DNA of 64,000 nt from Octopus vulgaris (taxonomy: Eukaryota): contig OX597819.1 in assembly GCA_951406725.2 (NCBI GenBank), positions 94,116,001-94,180,000 on the forward strand. Direction: 5' to 3'. A model generated the notes under the pieces. That model was not told the origin of the DNA. It was given only the letters and a program-made list of their open reading frames with translations, and made no database searches. Below are positions 27,167 to 41,399 of this stretch, piece after piece. Position 1 is the first letter of the stretch, and each line of letters begins with the position of its first letter. The translations under genes and the position numbers were made by a program.

Positions 27167-27540
27167 AGGTGTAGGAGTGTCTGTGTGGTAAGTAGCTTGC
27201 TTATGAGCCACATGGTTCCGGGTTCAGACCTACTGCGTGGCACCTTGGGCAAGTGTCTTCTACTATAGCCTCGGGCCAACCAAAGCCTTGTGAGTACATA
27301 CATATATATATGTATGTATGTGTGTATATGTTTGTGTGTCTGTTTGTCCCCCAACATCGCTTGACAACCAATGCTGGTATATTTACGTCCCCATAACTTA
27401 GTGGTTTGGCAAAAGAGTCCGATAGAATAAATTCTAGGCTTACAAAGAATAAGTCCTGGGTCATTTGCTCGACTAAAGGTGGTGCTCCAGCATGGCCACA
27501 ATCAAATGACTGAAACAAGTAAAAGAGTAAAGAGTAAGAG
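27167..27540 (+). mobile_element. SINE family A (internal deletion)
   Basis: Colinear with 8926-9333, lacking the gatttggtagacggaaactg segment. Confidence 0.88.
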
Positions 27541-28550
27541 TATAAATATAGTATGGTATAAGCTGCCATATAATATCAATATATAAACTGTTTTCAAGAG
27601 GACAAGAAAATCACAGTGAATACTCCATTTCATATAAATTGCATTTAGTGTTATTAAAAGTAATAATACAAGAATATTGTAAATATAAAACTGTCCATCA
27701 TTCTGAAATATATTTCATGTTAGTGAGATTGGAAGAAAAAAATGTAAATATTACATAGGCAATTCTTAACAATATACTAGTATTTCAAAATAAGCTAAAG
27801 TGCAATGATCTGTGTCTTGCAGAAAGAAAGAAAAAAACCTGCAGCATTCTTATGAATGATAAGAACATTCTCATTCATATGATGTTTTGAATGACATTTA
27901 ATATCATGAGACATATGACTAGCTTACAAGGTTACTACACTCAAAATTTTCAGCCATTGTGTGTTACTCATTTTGACTAACAGTCAAGTATGGTTGATCA
28001 GGTAAGATTTGAATGAACCATTTAGATATGGGTTTATAATCTTGGATATCAGATACACATACAATAGGTGTAAAACACCCACTTATAATATCCTTTTCCA
28101 AAACCTTGTATATTCTGAATAGCGTAGATATTTCCTAATAGCTTAGTGCTACTTAGCACAACTGATAGCAGGAGTAATGATGTCAGAAATTTAATAACAT
28201 GGTGACTACAGTCGAGAGTTCTATATATCATGCGTATGTGTGTGTGTGTGTGCATATGTGTGCATACATATGTGTGCATGCATGTGTGTTCACAAGTGTA
28301 TATATATATGTATTTTGCTGATGCAAATAGTATGTATTTTGTTGATGGACTAGCACAGTGTGTGATTGTGTGTTTGTATCAGTAAAGAATGTAAAAATTG
28401 TTGAGAAAACAGAGAAGATGCTTTAAAAATGCACCTTTGAAATATTTGTTCTGCACTGAGGTACAGACACTCCCCTATTAGAACTACAATGAACTTGTGA
28501 TTGGTCCATTAACAAATATGTATGGTAGTATATGCAAATGCATGTACTAC

Positions 28551-28757
28551 CAGCCGGGCGAAATGCTTAGCAGTATTTCATCTGTCTTTACGTTGTGAGT
28601 TCAAATTCCACCGAGATCAACTTTGCCTTTCATCCTTTCGGGGTCGATAAATTAAGTACCAGTTATGCACTGGGGTCGATGTAATCAACTTAATCCCTTT
28701 GTCTGTCTTTGTTTGTCCCCTCTATGTTTAGCCTCTTGTGGGCAATAAAGAAATAAG
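28551..28757 (+). mobile_element. SINE family B (Meta/MESC-like)
   Basis: tgagttcaaattcc..gag.tcaactttgcctttcatcctttcggggtcgataaattaagtaccag...aaagaaataag. Confidence 0.88.
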
Positions 28758-29103
28758 TATATGCAAATGCATACACACACTCGACACACCTACACACACA
28801 GATAAGATAATGGATATACATCAGTGTTGATGTTGAATATTGAAGTTATTTGATCAGCAGAACAACTTACACATTGAATTATAGTGTACAGGTTTAGACA
28901 TGACTGCATGGTTAAGAAAGTTGCATCCCAAACACAGGATCTGGTCTTGGGTTCAGTCCCACTGCCTAGCACTCAGAGCAAGTGTTTTCTACTATGGTCT
29001 TGATCTCAACTTAAGCATTGTGAGTGAATTTGGTATGTGGAAACTAAAAGAAGACTGTCAAATATATAATATATATAAAATAAGAACACAAATAGGTTAA
29101 AAG

Positions 29104-29188
29104 TTCACTACAACTGTTTCAGGCATGCCTTTTATGGATGAATAATTTAATGATTATGTCATGGAAAAAGCCATTCTCTTCAGATGAA
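29104..29188 (-). ncRNA. Minimal type I hammerhead ribozyme motif
   Basis: Reverse strand: TTCAT-CTGAAGA-(gaATGgCTTTT...AAAAGgCATgcct)-GAAACAGTTGTA-GTGAA. Stem I TTCAT/GTGAA, near-palindromic stem III, GUA site; element flanked by TA-rich tracts. Confidence 0.7.
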
Positions 29189-29280
29189 TTATATATTTAT
29201 AATTTGGTTCAGAGAAAAATTACAAGATATGGAATGTGGTTCAGTCCTCCCATTTCAACATCATTGAAGGTATATATATA

Positions 29281-29586
29281 TCACATGATCACATGACCGA
29301 CCAGGCTATCAGATGTTGCTGCACATCGCTGGTAACAATGCACTTTGCATTGTTTTAGCCTTCAAATGACGCCACCCCACTGGCTAAGCGAGCAGGCTAA
29401 CAGAAGAAAGAGAAAAAGTTGTGGTGAAAGAGAATAGTAGGGATCGCCACCACCCTCTGCCAGAGCCTCGTGGAGCTTTAGGTGTTTTCGCTCAATAAAC
29501 ACTCACAACGCCCGCTCTGGGAATCGAAACCGCGATCCTACAACCGCCTGTTCACTGCTCTAACCACTGGGCCATTGCACCTCCAC
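29281..29586 (-). mobile_element. tRNA-derived SINE, family C
   Basis: The reverse strand starts tggaggtgcaatggcccagtggttag...cgcggtttcgattcccag (A and B boxes); the head also occurs at 62546-62706. Confidence 0.85.
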
Positions 29587-30669
29587 ATATATATATATAT
29601 CATCATCATCGTCATCATTATTTAACATCCATTTTCCATGTTGACATGGATTGAACGACCTAACAGGGACTGGTAAGGGCAATGGCCACACTAGGTTCCA
29701 TAGTCTGTTTTGACATGGTTTCTATGGCTAGATGTCCTTCTTAATACCAACCATATGTGTGTGTGTATGTGTTTGTTTGTGTGTGTGTGTGTGTGTTTAT
29801 GTATGTGCATGTATGTGTGTGTATGTATTTGTATGTACCCTTGTCTAGACATTATGGTCAAGAATGAGCATCACCGTCATACAAGCGATGTTGTTTATTG
29901 CCAGTCTTCTGTGAAAATATGTCTTACCATGGGGAAAATACTAATTTGCTCAGAAACCGGTGAGGGTTGCTGAGAGGAAGAGCATCCGTCTAAAGAAAAT
30001 CTGCCTCAACAAACTCCACTGAACCGATACAACCATCAAAACAGTAGATGTAAAAGATAGATGTTAAATGATGACGACGACAATGATGACAATGATGATG
30101 ATGATGAGTGAGTATTCTACAGACACAGGAGCCCTTCACATTTAGTGTAACCTTTAAGCACTATCAGCATGACTCAGTGTGTGAAAATTATGGTTCTTTG
30201 AATTACAAGTTCAGCCAAGCTGAGGGGCTTCCACAGTTTCCTCTCTCTTCAGTTTTACATGAATCGATTTGATATAACTTTTGTCTGTACTACCACAGAG
30301 TGGGATCAAACCTGGGACCTTACTATTACAAAACAAACTTCTTAACCACTTGGCCATATCTGCAACCATTAAACAGATACATGAGATAGAGATAGAAAGA
30401 GAAAGAGAAGGCACACCGCCAGTTACGTGGACAAGTGTTCCAGTTGACCCGATCAATGGAACATCCTGCTCATGAAATTAATGTGTAAGTGGCTGAGCAC
30501 TCAACAAACATGAGTACCCTTAATGTAGTTCTCAGGGAGATTCAGCGTGACACAGAATGTACCTTGCTCAAAGACATAAAATCCTGCCAGAAATTGAACT
30601 CGCAACCTCATAATCATGAACAGGATATTCTGACCACTAAGCCACATGCCATCACAGATACATAGAAAC

Positions 30670-30984
30670 TACTGGCACATGAACAAAACATTCAAGCGAG
30701 GTCGTTGCCAGTGCCACTAGACTGACTCTTGTGCAGGTGGCACGTAAAAAACACCATTTCGAGCGTGGCCGTTGCCAGTACCACCAGACTGGCCCTCATG
30801 CCAGTGGCATGTAAAAGCACCCACTACACTCTCAGAGTGGTTGGCATTAGGAAGGGCATCCAGCTGTAGAAACTCTGCCAGATCAGATTGGAGCCTGGTG
30901 CAGCCATCTGGTTCGCCAGTCCTCAGTCAAATCGTCCATCCCATGCTAGCATGGAAAGCGGACATTAAATGATGATGATGATGA

Positions 30985-30988
<4 letters not shown>
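30670..30988 (+). mobile_element. RTE-tail element
   Basis: Same 3' UTR and (GAT)n tail as 50225-50417, followed by (TA)n. Confidence 0.88.
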
Positions 30989-31026
<38 letters not shown>

Positions 31027-31094
31027 TACATTCGTCTGCTACATGTCTACTTCAGGACACATATTTTCACACACGCACAAGTACATATCCTTTA

Positions 31095-31458
31095 TCTTTT
31101 ACTGGTTTCTGTGATTGGAGTGCAGCCATGCTGGGGCACTGAACTAATTGACCCTAATACTTATTTAAGTCTAGTACTTATTTTATTAGTATTTTGGCTG
31201 AACAGGGTTGTAAACAAACCATCACTGTTTATCAAATGATGGAGAGAGGACAAACACAAAAACATACACACATATATATATACATGTACACATGACAGGC
31301 TTCTACACAGTTTCCATCTACCAAGTTCGCTCACAGGGCATTAGTCAGTCTGAGGTTGTATTAAAAGACCCTTGCCCAATGTGCTGTGCAGTGGGATCAA
31401 ACCCAAAAACATATGATTGCAATGTAAGCTTCTTAACCTCACAACCATGCCTGCACCT
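31095..31458 (-). mobile_element. Diverged SINE family A
   Basis: Reverse complement of the family A head and tail (cttgcccaa.gtgctgtgcagtgggatcaaacc; gccatgctggggcac). Confidence 0.7.
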
Positions 31459-32238
31459 ACGCACATATACATAGAAACACATATACATTTATACTAGATT
31501 CTTTGTCAGCATAAGGACACATATGTACATTTTCACACACACACATACACACATGACTACAACTAAGAATGTTTCCTATTCATTTTTCTGTATTCTCAGA
31601 TAATGTATCATTATTGTCAAATCAATATTTAATCAATATGGAATCAATTCTACTGAGGTATGATGGAAATATACATCATATGTACAGGCTGTTCCTAATA
31701 TTGAACAACAAATGTTAAAAATAGATGGCAATTTTTGTATGAGTGTGTGTGTGGGTAAGTAAGTGAGTGTTTCTGTGTATGAATGTGTATGAGAGAGAGA
31801 GAGTGTAAATAACTGCAAGTGTGAGGAAGAGAGTGTAAGGATGTGTGGAAGAAGTGGGATTTCACCTGATGCTTATATAAAATACTTGTACAACAAGGCT
31901 AAATGCTCTGTGCACACACACACACACACACACACATTGACACACTAAAAAAAACACATATATAAACACACAGACATATTTATTAATATATGAGAATCAT
32001 GTAAGTGTGTACGTATTTATATATGTATGTATATATGTATGCATTTATGTATGCCTATATGTATGTATATGTATGTTCTAAGATGTAGGCCACAGGTTTC
32101 TACCTAGGTAGTTAAAATTGTGTGTAGGGGCATGCCTTTCCAAGGAGAAGGTCATAGTCAATATGAAATTTTCCATAAATCCAGGCAAGGCTGATTACCA
32201 CTGCTAGTACATATAACATATATATATACACACACACA

Positions 32239-32287
<49 letters not shown>

Positions 32288-33485
32288 TACATATACATAA
32301 CACACACACACATATGCACACACATACACATATACCTAGTACCTTTTGTATCAGTCATGTGACACATCAGTTTCCCTCACCTTTTGTCTAGTAGAATAAG
32401 TAATTATTGATTGTGCAATGCAAAGAATAGGTTGAAGTTTCAAATCCAGTTAAAGTTTGATAAACCATGTTGTATTTATAAAAAGGATTATATTTTCTCT
32501 CAGCATTTGTTATTAATATTCAATGTAAAACATTGAGAGAAGATTTAGTTCCATTTACTTTAAATATTCTACATTGCTCTTTCTCCTATCTCCTGCAAAC
32601 AAATGCTTTGATAGCATTATAACTCATTGGTACAACTCATTGATAATTATATTTATATTATTGGTGAATTTAAGACTAAGTTAAGCTTTTCAAAAATATG
32701 TACGAACTATAGGCAAATGGGATAAGTTAAATGAAATACAAGTTTAAGCACAGTTACTATCATTTCCCAAGCTGGAAGTGTTCAATAACATTTAAATGTC
32801 TCACTTGACTTAGGAAGTTTATACAAACAAATGAAGTTCTATTAGTTAAAGATAAAACCATCATTTGTTGTGCCATCGAATTATTCTACCATTAAGCCAA
32901 GCTCAATCTGCAATTAAAAGTCAAAGGCTGTTTCTAGTCAGAAATAGTGACAAACTTCATAGTCTTAATTCCAAATTCAGAAATAGATCTAGTATTTTTC
33001 TTATCAAGAAATTTAACTGTTTTATCACACAGAGAAAGTATAAGAAAATGACTAGTCACATGAATGCTGCAGAAAATGTGATCTTAAGGGGAAAAAAAAG
33101 CTAGCCTTCATACTGAACCAGGAATTAAAAGTACAAAGTTCATCACAATTTCCGACTATAAATAGCTTTTGACTGTGACAGAACTTGGCTATGTGGTAGA
33201 ATAAGTCTATTGCAGAACAGCAAATGGTTACATCTTTACCATGCAAAACCTAACCAGTTTGAACAAACTTCCCAGTGAAAAGCTTTCAAATATTATTGAA
33301 TGCATTGACTTCATGAATAAAGGCATCTTCCTTCACTTCTCAGTTTCCTATTTTCCTGTACATTTCTGGTTTATACATATGATATTTGATGGCATATTAG
33401 ACCCTCCCCAATTTCAGCTGCACATATTTAGAAAAAAGAGTACCAGGAACAAGATTAGCTTACAGGAGACTCAGTTTTGCATATA

Positions 33486-33625
33486 GAGTTGTGACCAAAA
33501 GTTTGGAACATAGGCCAGAAAATTAGAATTTTTATATTAAATGTCCAAAGTTATATTTGGTCAGAGCATATATTGAGTATAATAATTTTAATTTTAAAAT
33601 TGTTCCAAACTTTAGGCCATGACTG
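33486..33625. mobile_element. Tc1-like MITE (~140 bp)
   Basis: TA|gagttgtgaccaaaagtttggaaca ... tgttccaaactttaggccatgactg|TA: ~25-bp imperfect TIRs resembling CAGTCGTGGCCAAAAGTTT, with TA target duplication. Confidence 0.7.
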
Positions 33626-33779
33626 TAAGACCTGGGGTGATTTTTTGAGACATCTTGGGGGAAAAAGTGAATCTTATATGCTACTAAATGTAGTCACTTT
33701 AAAAAGCTTAAATTCACTTATAATATAAATATGGTTGCCTATAACCTGGACCAATGAGATATAAAGACATAAAACATGG

Positions 33780-34006
33780 CCAGTGCCAATAACATGTAAA
33801 AGACACACATGCCAGTGACATGTAGAAGGCACTCATGTTGGTGACATGTAAAAGACAACCAGTATATTTTATGGAGTGATCGGCATTAGGAAAAGCATCT
33901 AGCCATAGAAACATAACCAAAACAGACTGGAGCCTGGGGCAGCTCTCCAACTTACCAGTTCCAGCCAAACTGTCTAACCCATGCCAGCATGGAAGACAGA
34001 TGCTAA

Positions 34007-34036
<30 letters not shown>
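33780..34036 (+). mobile_element. RTE-tail element (diverged)
   Basis: ggcattaggaaaagcatctagccatagaaac...ccatgccagcatggaa...(GAT)n. Confidence 0.75.
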
Positions 34037-34038
<2 letters not shown>

Positions 34039-36623
34039 AACAGACAATAGAAAAAAAAACAAAGAATCTGCACCATAGAATATTTAATTTCAACTACATT
34101 TGAACCTTCACTTTCTATTTTACTAATGTGATGATTAATATAGATGATAGGAGAAAAAATTTTGTTTTCCTGAATACAAAATACTAAACTTTCACTGGAA
34201 TCAAGTCTTTAACTTTTGTGTTACATTTAAGAATGAATAATTACCTCTGCACCAAAAGAAGAAGAAAAAAATATTAGAATAAAAGTAAACTATTCTACTA
34301 GATGTAAAAGAGCAGAAGGAAGATTATATGTCGCTAGAATGATACAAAAAATACTAGATCAAAGATAGGGAAAAAAAGTTACACCTCATTCTAAATCAAG
34401 AATCAAAATCACGATTTCTGATTATAAACAGCCATTGGCTGTTATTCAGAAATGGGACCTGACTATGCAGCAGCCTAATTTTAAAGTACACAATAGAGGT
34501 TGGTTTCATCTTTATCAAGGAAAATTTCACTGATTTGGATTAAATTCCCTACCAAAAACATGTGTGTGTGTATGTGTCTACGTAAGTATAAGTATATATA
34601 AAGAGTGAAAAGAAGAGGAGGGTGGAAGAGAGAGCCATGACCATCACTTACCAGCAAATACATTCGTTATCTTAAGTACTTATAGGGCTGTGAGCTGGTT
34701 GAATCATTAGTATGTTGGACAAAATGCTAAGCAGAATATCTTTTAGCTCTTTCATTCTTGAGTTGAAATTCTCCCAAGGGCAACTTACTCTTCCATCGTT
34801 TCAGGGGTCGATAAAATAAGATTCAATTATTGGAGTTGATGTAATTGACTTAAACTCCCCCACCCCACCTCTCTGCAAAATTACTGACCTTATGCCAAAA
34901 TTAGAAAGAATCAGTTTAGCTGCCTACTTATTCACAAGCAGACATAGACAATCAGCAATTTCACTCTTGACTTGGCAGAACATCCAGGATGTCTCAGCTA
35001 GAGGGAGAGAGGAGTGCTCTAGTAGAACCAATACTCATTTCCAGCTATGATTTTTCAATGTACTTGGACATATCATCAGTGATGTTTCCCCCGAGGTCAG
35101 TGGGTGTTTTAGGTTTTTCAACAATCAGACACCCTCACCCAAGTCACCCAGCTAAGACTGAACAAGCCCCAGTTTATGCCCAGTTAGCACTACCCCTGTC
35201 TGCACTATCCCTCTCAAGGCTCACACATTTTGTAGTAATGTGAAGGAGAAACAAACCACATGATCCAGAAATCAATCTCATAGTTTTATGCTCATAAGCA
35301 CAACACTCAAACCACAAGGCCACACACACAATCTTTTGTAATAATCAAACATTGACCTTCGATGCTTGCCCTGTGGGTCTCTTTATTACTTTCTTGTTTT
35401 GTTTATTTTACCATCCTATTAATCGGATTAGAAACATTGCCACAGTGTACATCTACAAGATTTTTATTATTTGACTTGGTTGAAAAATATTCCTGGGCAT
35501 TGCTGTGTGGCTAGGAAACTTGCTTCACAGCCACATAGCCTCAGTTAAATGTGCTTCTTCTTCTTCTTCATCATCATCCTCATCATTCTTGTCATAGATG
35601 CTTAATGAGAACTTAGTGTTCTTAGATTGTCCTTCCTCAATAAGGACACAGACTTTTTTGAATTTAGTGTCTTATTTTTCAAGACTTTTTTTTTTTACTT
35701 ACTCTCCCATTAGAGATTGCTCCACTGTAAATGGTAGTCTACATGAGATTTTAAATTCTAAATGCTCAGAGCTGGAATAGATACAAGAGATCTTGTCTGA
35801 TGCTCTAATAATCCTGACAAACCATTATCTTGGACTGATACTTTATTTATCAACCTTATAAAGATAGAAGTCAAAATTTTCCTCAGTAGGATTTGAACTC
35901 AGCATGCAATCAACCAAAACAGACTCCCACAAGATATTTAATTCAACACTCCAAATATACCAATTTTTCTCTCATAAAAGTTGGATACTTAAATGAAAAT
36001 GTTGGAGCAAGCTGTTTTTAGAACAGGATTCCAAAGTGGCATTTTATATTTTAATTTGCTCGCAATAAATAATGTATCTTGTTTTAGAATCATAGCTTGA
36101 CTTTGAAACAACATTTGAGACAGTAAAATAACAGTAATAACAGCTTAAAATGCTCTCACTGACATTGCAATCCTTTCTGATCAAAACATTGCTCTTAGCA
36201 TCATCAAAAGCCATTAAAGCTATTAAAGCACAATCAAAGGTATAAAAGTAATATTACCAGTATTGTTGGCATTTCCTGGTTGTCAAGGATGTTTCTGCAG
36301 TTTCTGAAAGCGTGGCGCCATTTGTTTGTGGGTTTCATTAGTGTGAAGAGATAGTTGTGAATTCAATCCCAACATTGATCAGTTTTCAAAAAAATACCCT
36401 TTATCCATTGTAAAGCTTTGTTGAGACAGTTAGAGGCCTGTCTGGTTGCTATCTGCCACAACAAACTGCCTCAATGCTTTCTTTTAATGCATGAAAGGTA
36501 ATGACATTGCTATTATTGGAATTGGAATCCCTATGCAAAATTTGAACTCAGAGCACACAGGTCCAGAATAGAGATTACAAAACATCCCACTTGATGCTTT
36601 AACAATTCTGTCAATCCAATACT

Positions 36624-37038
36624 TCTTTCTTTATTACCCACAAGGGGCTAAACACAGAGAGGACAAACAAGGACAGACAAAGGGATTAAATCGATTATAT
36701 CGACCCCAGTGCATAACTGGTACTTATTTAATCAACCCCAAAAGGATGAAAGGCAAAGTCGACCTCGACAGAATTTGAACTCAGAACGTAGCAGTAGACG
36801 AAATATCTATTTCTTTACTACCCACAAGGGGCTAAACACAGAGGGGACAAACAAGGATAGACAAACGAATTAAGTCGATTACATCGACCCCAGTGCATAA
36901 CTGGTACTTAATTTATCGACCCTGAAAGGATGAAAGGCAAAGTCGACCTCGGCGGAATTTGAACTCAGAACGTAGCGGCAGACAAAATACCACTAAGCAT
37001 TTCGCCTAGCGTGCTAACGTTTCTGCCAGCTCGCCACC
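36624..37038 (-). mobile_element. SINE family B with tandemly duplicated 3' part
   Basis: 36624-36805 and 36806-36988 are direct repeats; the single head (ggtggcgagctggcagaaacg on the reverse strand) lies at 36990-37038. Confidence 0.9.
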
Positions 37039-37498
37039 TTTGCCAATCCAATACCTTGCACTAATATTTTATTTATTGATCCTGAAAAGATGAAAGCCAA
37101 TGTTGTCCTTGAGAGGATTTGAACTCAGCATACAAAACTGGAACAACTACCACTGGAAAACTACCACAGAGTATTCTAGCCAACACTTTAATAAGTCATT
37201 CAATTTGCTACATATCAAAGTTCAGAAAGTATTCTTAGAGAAATCAAAGTACTAGGCATTTTCAACTGAAGATATGAATGAGAGTAAACATACACTATCC
37301 ATAATAATAAGCAAACTGTCAACAGAGAAATATATATATGAGAACAAAAACACAAAGATACAAATGATTTACTTCATAACATACATACCCTCTTCATCCA
37401 CCAAAATGTAGCATTGTTAGTTACAGCACACATTTTACACATGTCATTCTAAGTATAATTTACATGCTGCATTGATGTCACCCTAGTCCTGCCAAAGG

Positions 37499-37835
37499 GA
37501 AGGTGCATGACTCAGTGGTTAGTGTGTCAAGCTTATGATCGTGAGGTTGTGAGCTCGAATCCAGGACCAGGCTGCGTGTTGTGTTCTTGAGCAAGACACT
37601 TTATTTCATGTTGCTCCAGTTCACTCAGCTGTAAAAATGAATTGTGATGTTACAGGTGCCAAGCTGTATTGGCCCTTGCCTTTCCCTTGGATAACACTGG
37701 TGGCGTGGAGAGGGGAGGCCGGTATGCATGGGCAACTGCTGGTCTTCCATAAAAAATAACCTTGCCCGGACTTGTGCCAGGGGGTGTAACTTTCTAGGTG
37801 CAATCCCATGGTCAGTGTCATGACCGAAGGGGTTC
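37499..37835 (+). mobile_element. tRNA-derived CORE-like SINE, family D
   Basis: gactcagtggttag...ctcgaatcc...gtgttcttgagcaagacactttatttca..ttgctccagttcactcagctg; relatives at 52381-52700 (+) and ~39830-40110 (-). Confidence 0.8.
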
Positions 37836-39295
37836 TCAGAGTCCTGCCAACTAATGAGGATTAATAAAATAATGAACAAATTAATAAAATACTGTACAAA
37901 ATACAAAGTAAATGGCACATAGTTGTTCAGCTTTCAGTGATTAAAGATAACTTCAGATTTGGTATGCTTTGAACTGACATTATGAAGCACCAAGGTAGAC
38001 AATATAATGCATCTGATTAGGCTCTCTTGCAAAACATCATCAACATAGCTCTAACAAAGTGTGTGTGTATGTACCTATACATGTATGTATGCAAGTATGT
38101 ATGCTGTAAGTTGTAGACCACAGCTTGCCTCTGAGTAGCAGAAATTTTTGTAAAGGGGCACATATAAAAAAATCATAAACCCAGGCAAGGCCAAATACTA
38201 TTGCTAGTTTCTTATATAGTTCTCTGTCAAGTAATGAAACATATCTGGAGCTTGCAGATACACATGTAAGTAGAAATATCATGTTATATCACGCTGTGAA
38301 AATATGACATAAGAGTTGAAATGTCTAATTGGATAAAATATTGAAGTAGCAGCTCCTGTCATAAATGATTAAGACTTAATTTTACATAAAACTGTTACTT
38401 TTGGAATTCTATCCTGTGTGATATTTATTCCTCATCGCTCAGCACTAAGTAATCAGGGCCACACACTGTTTTCACAGTCCACTTGGGTTTGCAGAGACAT
38501 CAATATTGTGTAATCAACATGGCATGGAAGAAAGAAAAATAAAAAGAAAAAGAAATAGATGACATGTTAAGCTGTGTACAATGTAGAAGTTGATAATATA
38601 AAAATCAGACTGGATTTGGAAAGAATGGAATTTCTAATGCAATATGAAAATAATACTTCAAAAGAACACAGAATAGTTAAGGATTGAAAATAGTATAATA
38701 ATATATCTTTCCAGAAGAAAATGTTTGACAGATTAGATTTTAAAATCCATGGCTAGTTGAGCTTTAACTTGGATTTCAAGGAAACTTTTCCCTTCATCAA
38801 TAGACTAGAAAATTGATTGAATTTAGAGTATCAAAGAAATAAAACTGACATCCAATGTGTGCAAGCCATGAAATGGAAAATAAAAGGAACCAGTCCATCA
38901 TGTATTGTCTGGATAGAAAGTACTCTTAACATAAAAAGACATAACAATACAATGATAGTTTTTAGAAGAGACTTGGATGAGTCAGGTGGGATTAATAGGA
39001 AGAAGAAATTCAGTTTTGTATTGAACTAGAAACAATGCCTGAGAAAATAATAAGATGTACTGAAACTTTGTAAAATACAAAACCTACCATTAAAAGCCAG
39101 CCACATCAAACATTTGAAGATAATTCCAAAAGGTATACTTGTGTGTGTGTGTGTGTGAGCTTGCATGCACATATATATAAATATACCTATATACATATAG
39201 ATCCACATGTGTATATATGTATACATATATACACACATACACACATATATGCACATATATATAATATGTCTACAATATTTTCAATATACAGAAAG

Positions 39296-39362
<67 letters not shown>

Positions 39363-40474
39363 TAATAATAATAATGATAATAATAATAATGATCAGTTAT
39401 GAAAAGAAGCTACAGAAACTAAGAAAGTACCAATGGCAAACCCTCGTATTGCATTAAGAAAAAAGGAAAGAATTCATAGCAAATATTGGGACAATAATAA
39501 GTGGTTCCTTTGACAAAGAAATGGCAGAGAATGGAAAATAAATAAATATAATAATTGCGTAACTGCAAAGCAAATGTTGAGAAAGATGATGTACTGAAAT
39601 GGCTCAAACAAAATCTCCAAAGTTCTAACAGAAAGTGTTCATAAGATTCTTCTTTGCTAGTTTATTTTACTACTACTAACTATAACTGCTACAGTGGTTA
39701 CCATTAATATTGATACTACTACTACTGCTAGTACTACTTCTATGAGAATGATAAAAACTCTTGGTAATGATTTCTTATACAGTAAACAAGGAGAGTTGTT
39801 AATCCATTGGATAGACACTTGCATTCTGAGTTCAAAGCACACAGAGTAAAGACCACCTTTGGTCATGAATGACTGTGGAATTGCACCTAGCAAGTTCCTC
39901 TCCAAAACACAAGTCTGGGCAAGGTTGTTTATGGAAGACCAACAGTCAGCCATATGCCACTGATGTTATCCAAGGAAAAGGCAAAAGCAGACATAACTTG
40001 GCAACATGAAATAAAGTGTCTTGCTCAAGAACACAACACACAGCCCAGTCTGGGAATCAAACTCACTACCTCACAATTGTGAGCCCGACACTCACTGAGC
40101 TATATGCCTTCACTAAAACCTCACAGGAATCAATTCTCATTTTTGTGGGGTTGACAAATAAAGTATCAGTTCAGAGTGGTCATGTGGTAGAATTGCTAGA
40201 ACATTAGATTAGATGCCTTACTGTATCTGTTTCTTTACTAGTAGTAAATAAGGTTTTCGTGACTTGACAAATGACTGTAGGCTTTCATAATAAAATATGT
40301 GGATTGGTGCAGTACCTCAGATATCTCACTCTTGAAAAGAAGCAACACTGCCCCCTTCCCCTCCCCACTAAAAAAAAGAGCAGGATAAATAGTAGGGCAG
40401 AAAAAAATATAACCTGAATGCTGAGTTGCTGTGATGTTCATGAGTTCTCGATTTCTTTAGTGACATACATGAAT

Positions 40475-40885
40475 AAATAATAAAAATTATAACGAAATTA
40501 TTGTATACAGTGCTAAGGTGCACCACAACTTGTCAAAAGTGCATATAAAGCATATGCAGTAATGTACAAATGCCTGGGAAGTGAATAGTGTATGAATCAG
40601 ATACATGCTTGTGTGTGTGTATGGAGGGGAGAAAATCAGGTGTAGTGTTGGTGAATATCAGGAAGCATGGAAGTTTTGAAGGATGCAGTGCTCCAACAAC
40701 TAACAACTGATGCCAGCAGTTTGTTCCATACTTCAGCAACTCTTAGCATGAAAAAATGTTTCCAAAAGTCATGGGAGCTGTGCTGTTTTCTGAGTTTGTT
40801 AACGTGTCCACAGGTATTAGACAGGTGGAGTTTGAAAAGGTGCTCAGAGTTATTGTTAGTAAGATGGTTAATAATTTTATGGATG
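40475..40885 (-). mobile_element. CR1-clade LINE 3' fragment
   Basis: Reverse ORF ...HKIINHL...TCGHVNKL...KHFFMLRVAEVWNKL...VVSC.STASFK, the typical CR1 C-terminus. Confidence 0.8.
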
Positions 40886-41399
40886 GAGGGAGTTGCCATT
40901 ATGTTACAGTGTCAACTCAATGAATAATGTGCCATCATACCACAATGACTTCTATTATTCCTTTCTAGCATAGACACAAGTCAACGAATTGTAATGAGGT
41001 TGGGATTTAGTCAATTAAATTGACCCCAGTATTTAACTAACATTTTATTTTGTTGAACCCAAAAGAATGAAAGTAAAGTTAGCTTTGGTGGACTTTGAAC
41101 TCAGAATGTAAAGAGTAGTAACTATTTAGTGCAAAGCATTTTGTCTACTACTCTACCAATTTTACTGATCCACCACCCTTCAAAGCCTTCTTGTATTAAT
41201 AATTTTTTTCTTAGATACATGACTAATTGTAAGGTGGAGGACCTATAATCAACTAAATCACCCCAAGTATACTCATCTTGGGTAGTCGGTTGACAGAATC
41301 ATTAAAGTGTTGTATTCTGAGTTCAGATCCTGCTGAGGTCAACTTTGCCTTTCACCCTACCAGGGTTAATAACATATAGTACCAGCAAGGGGCCACTTG

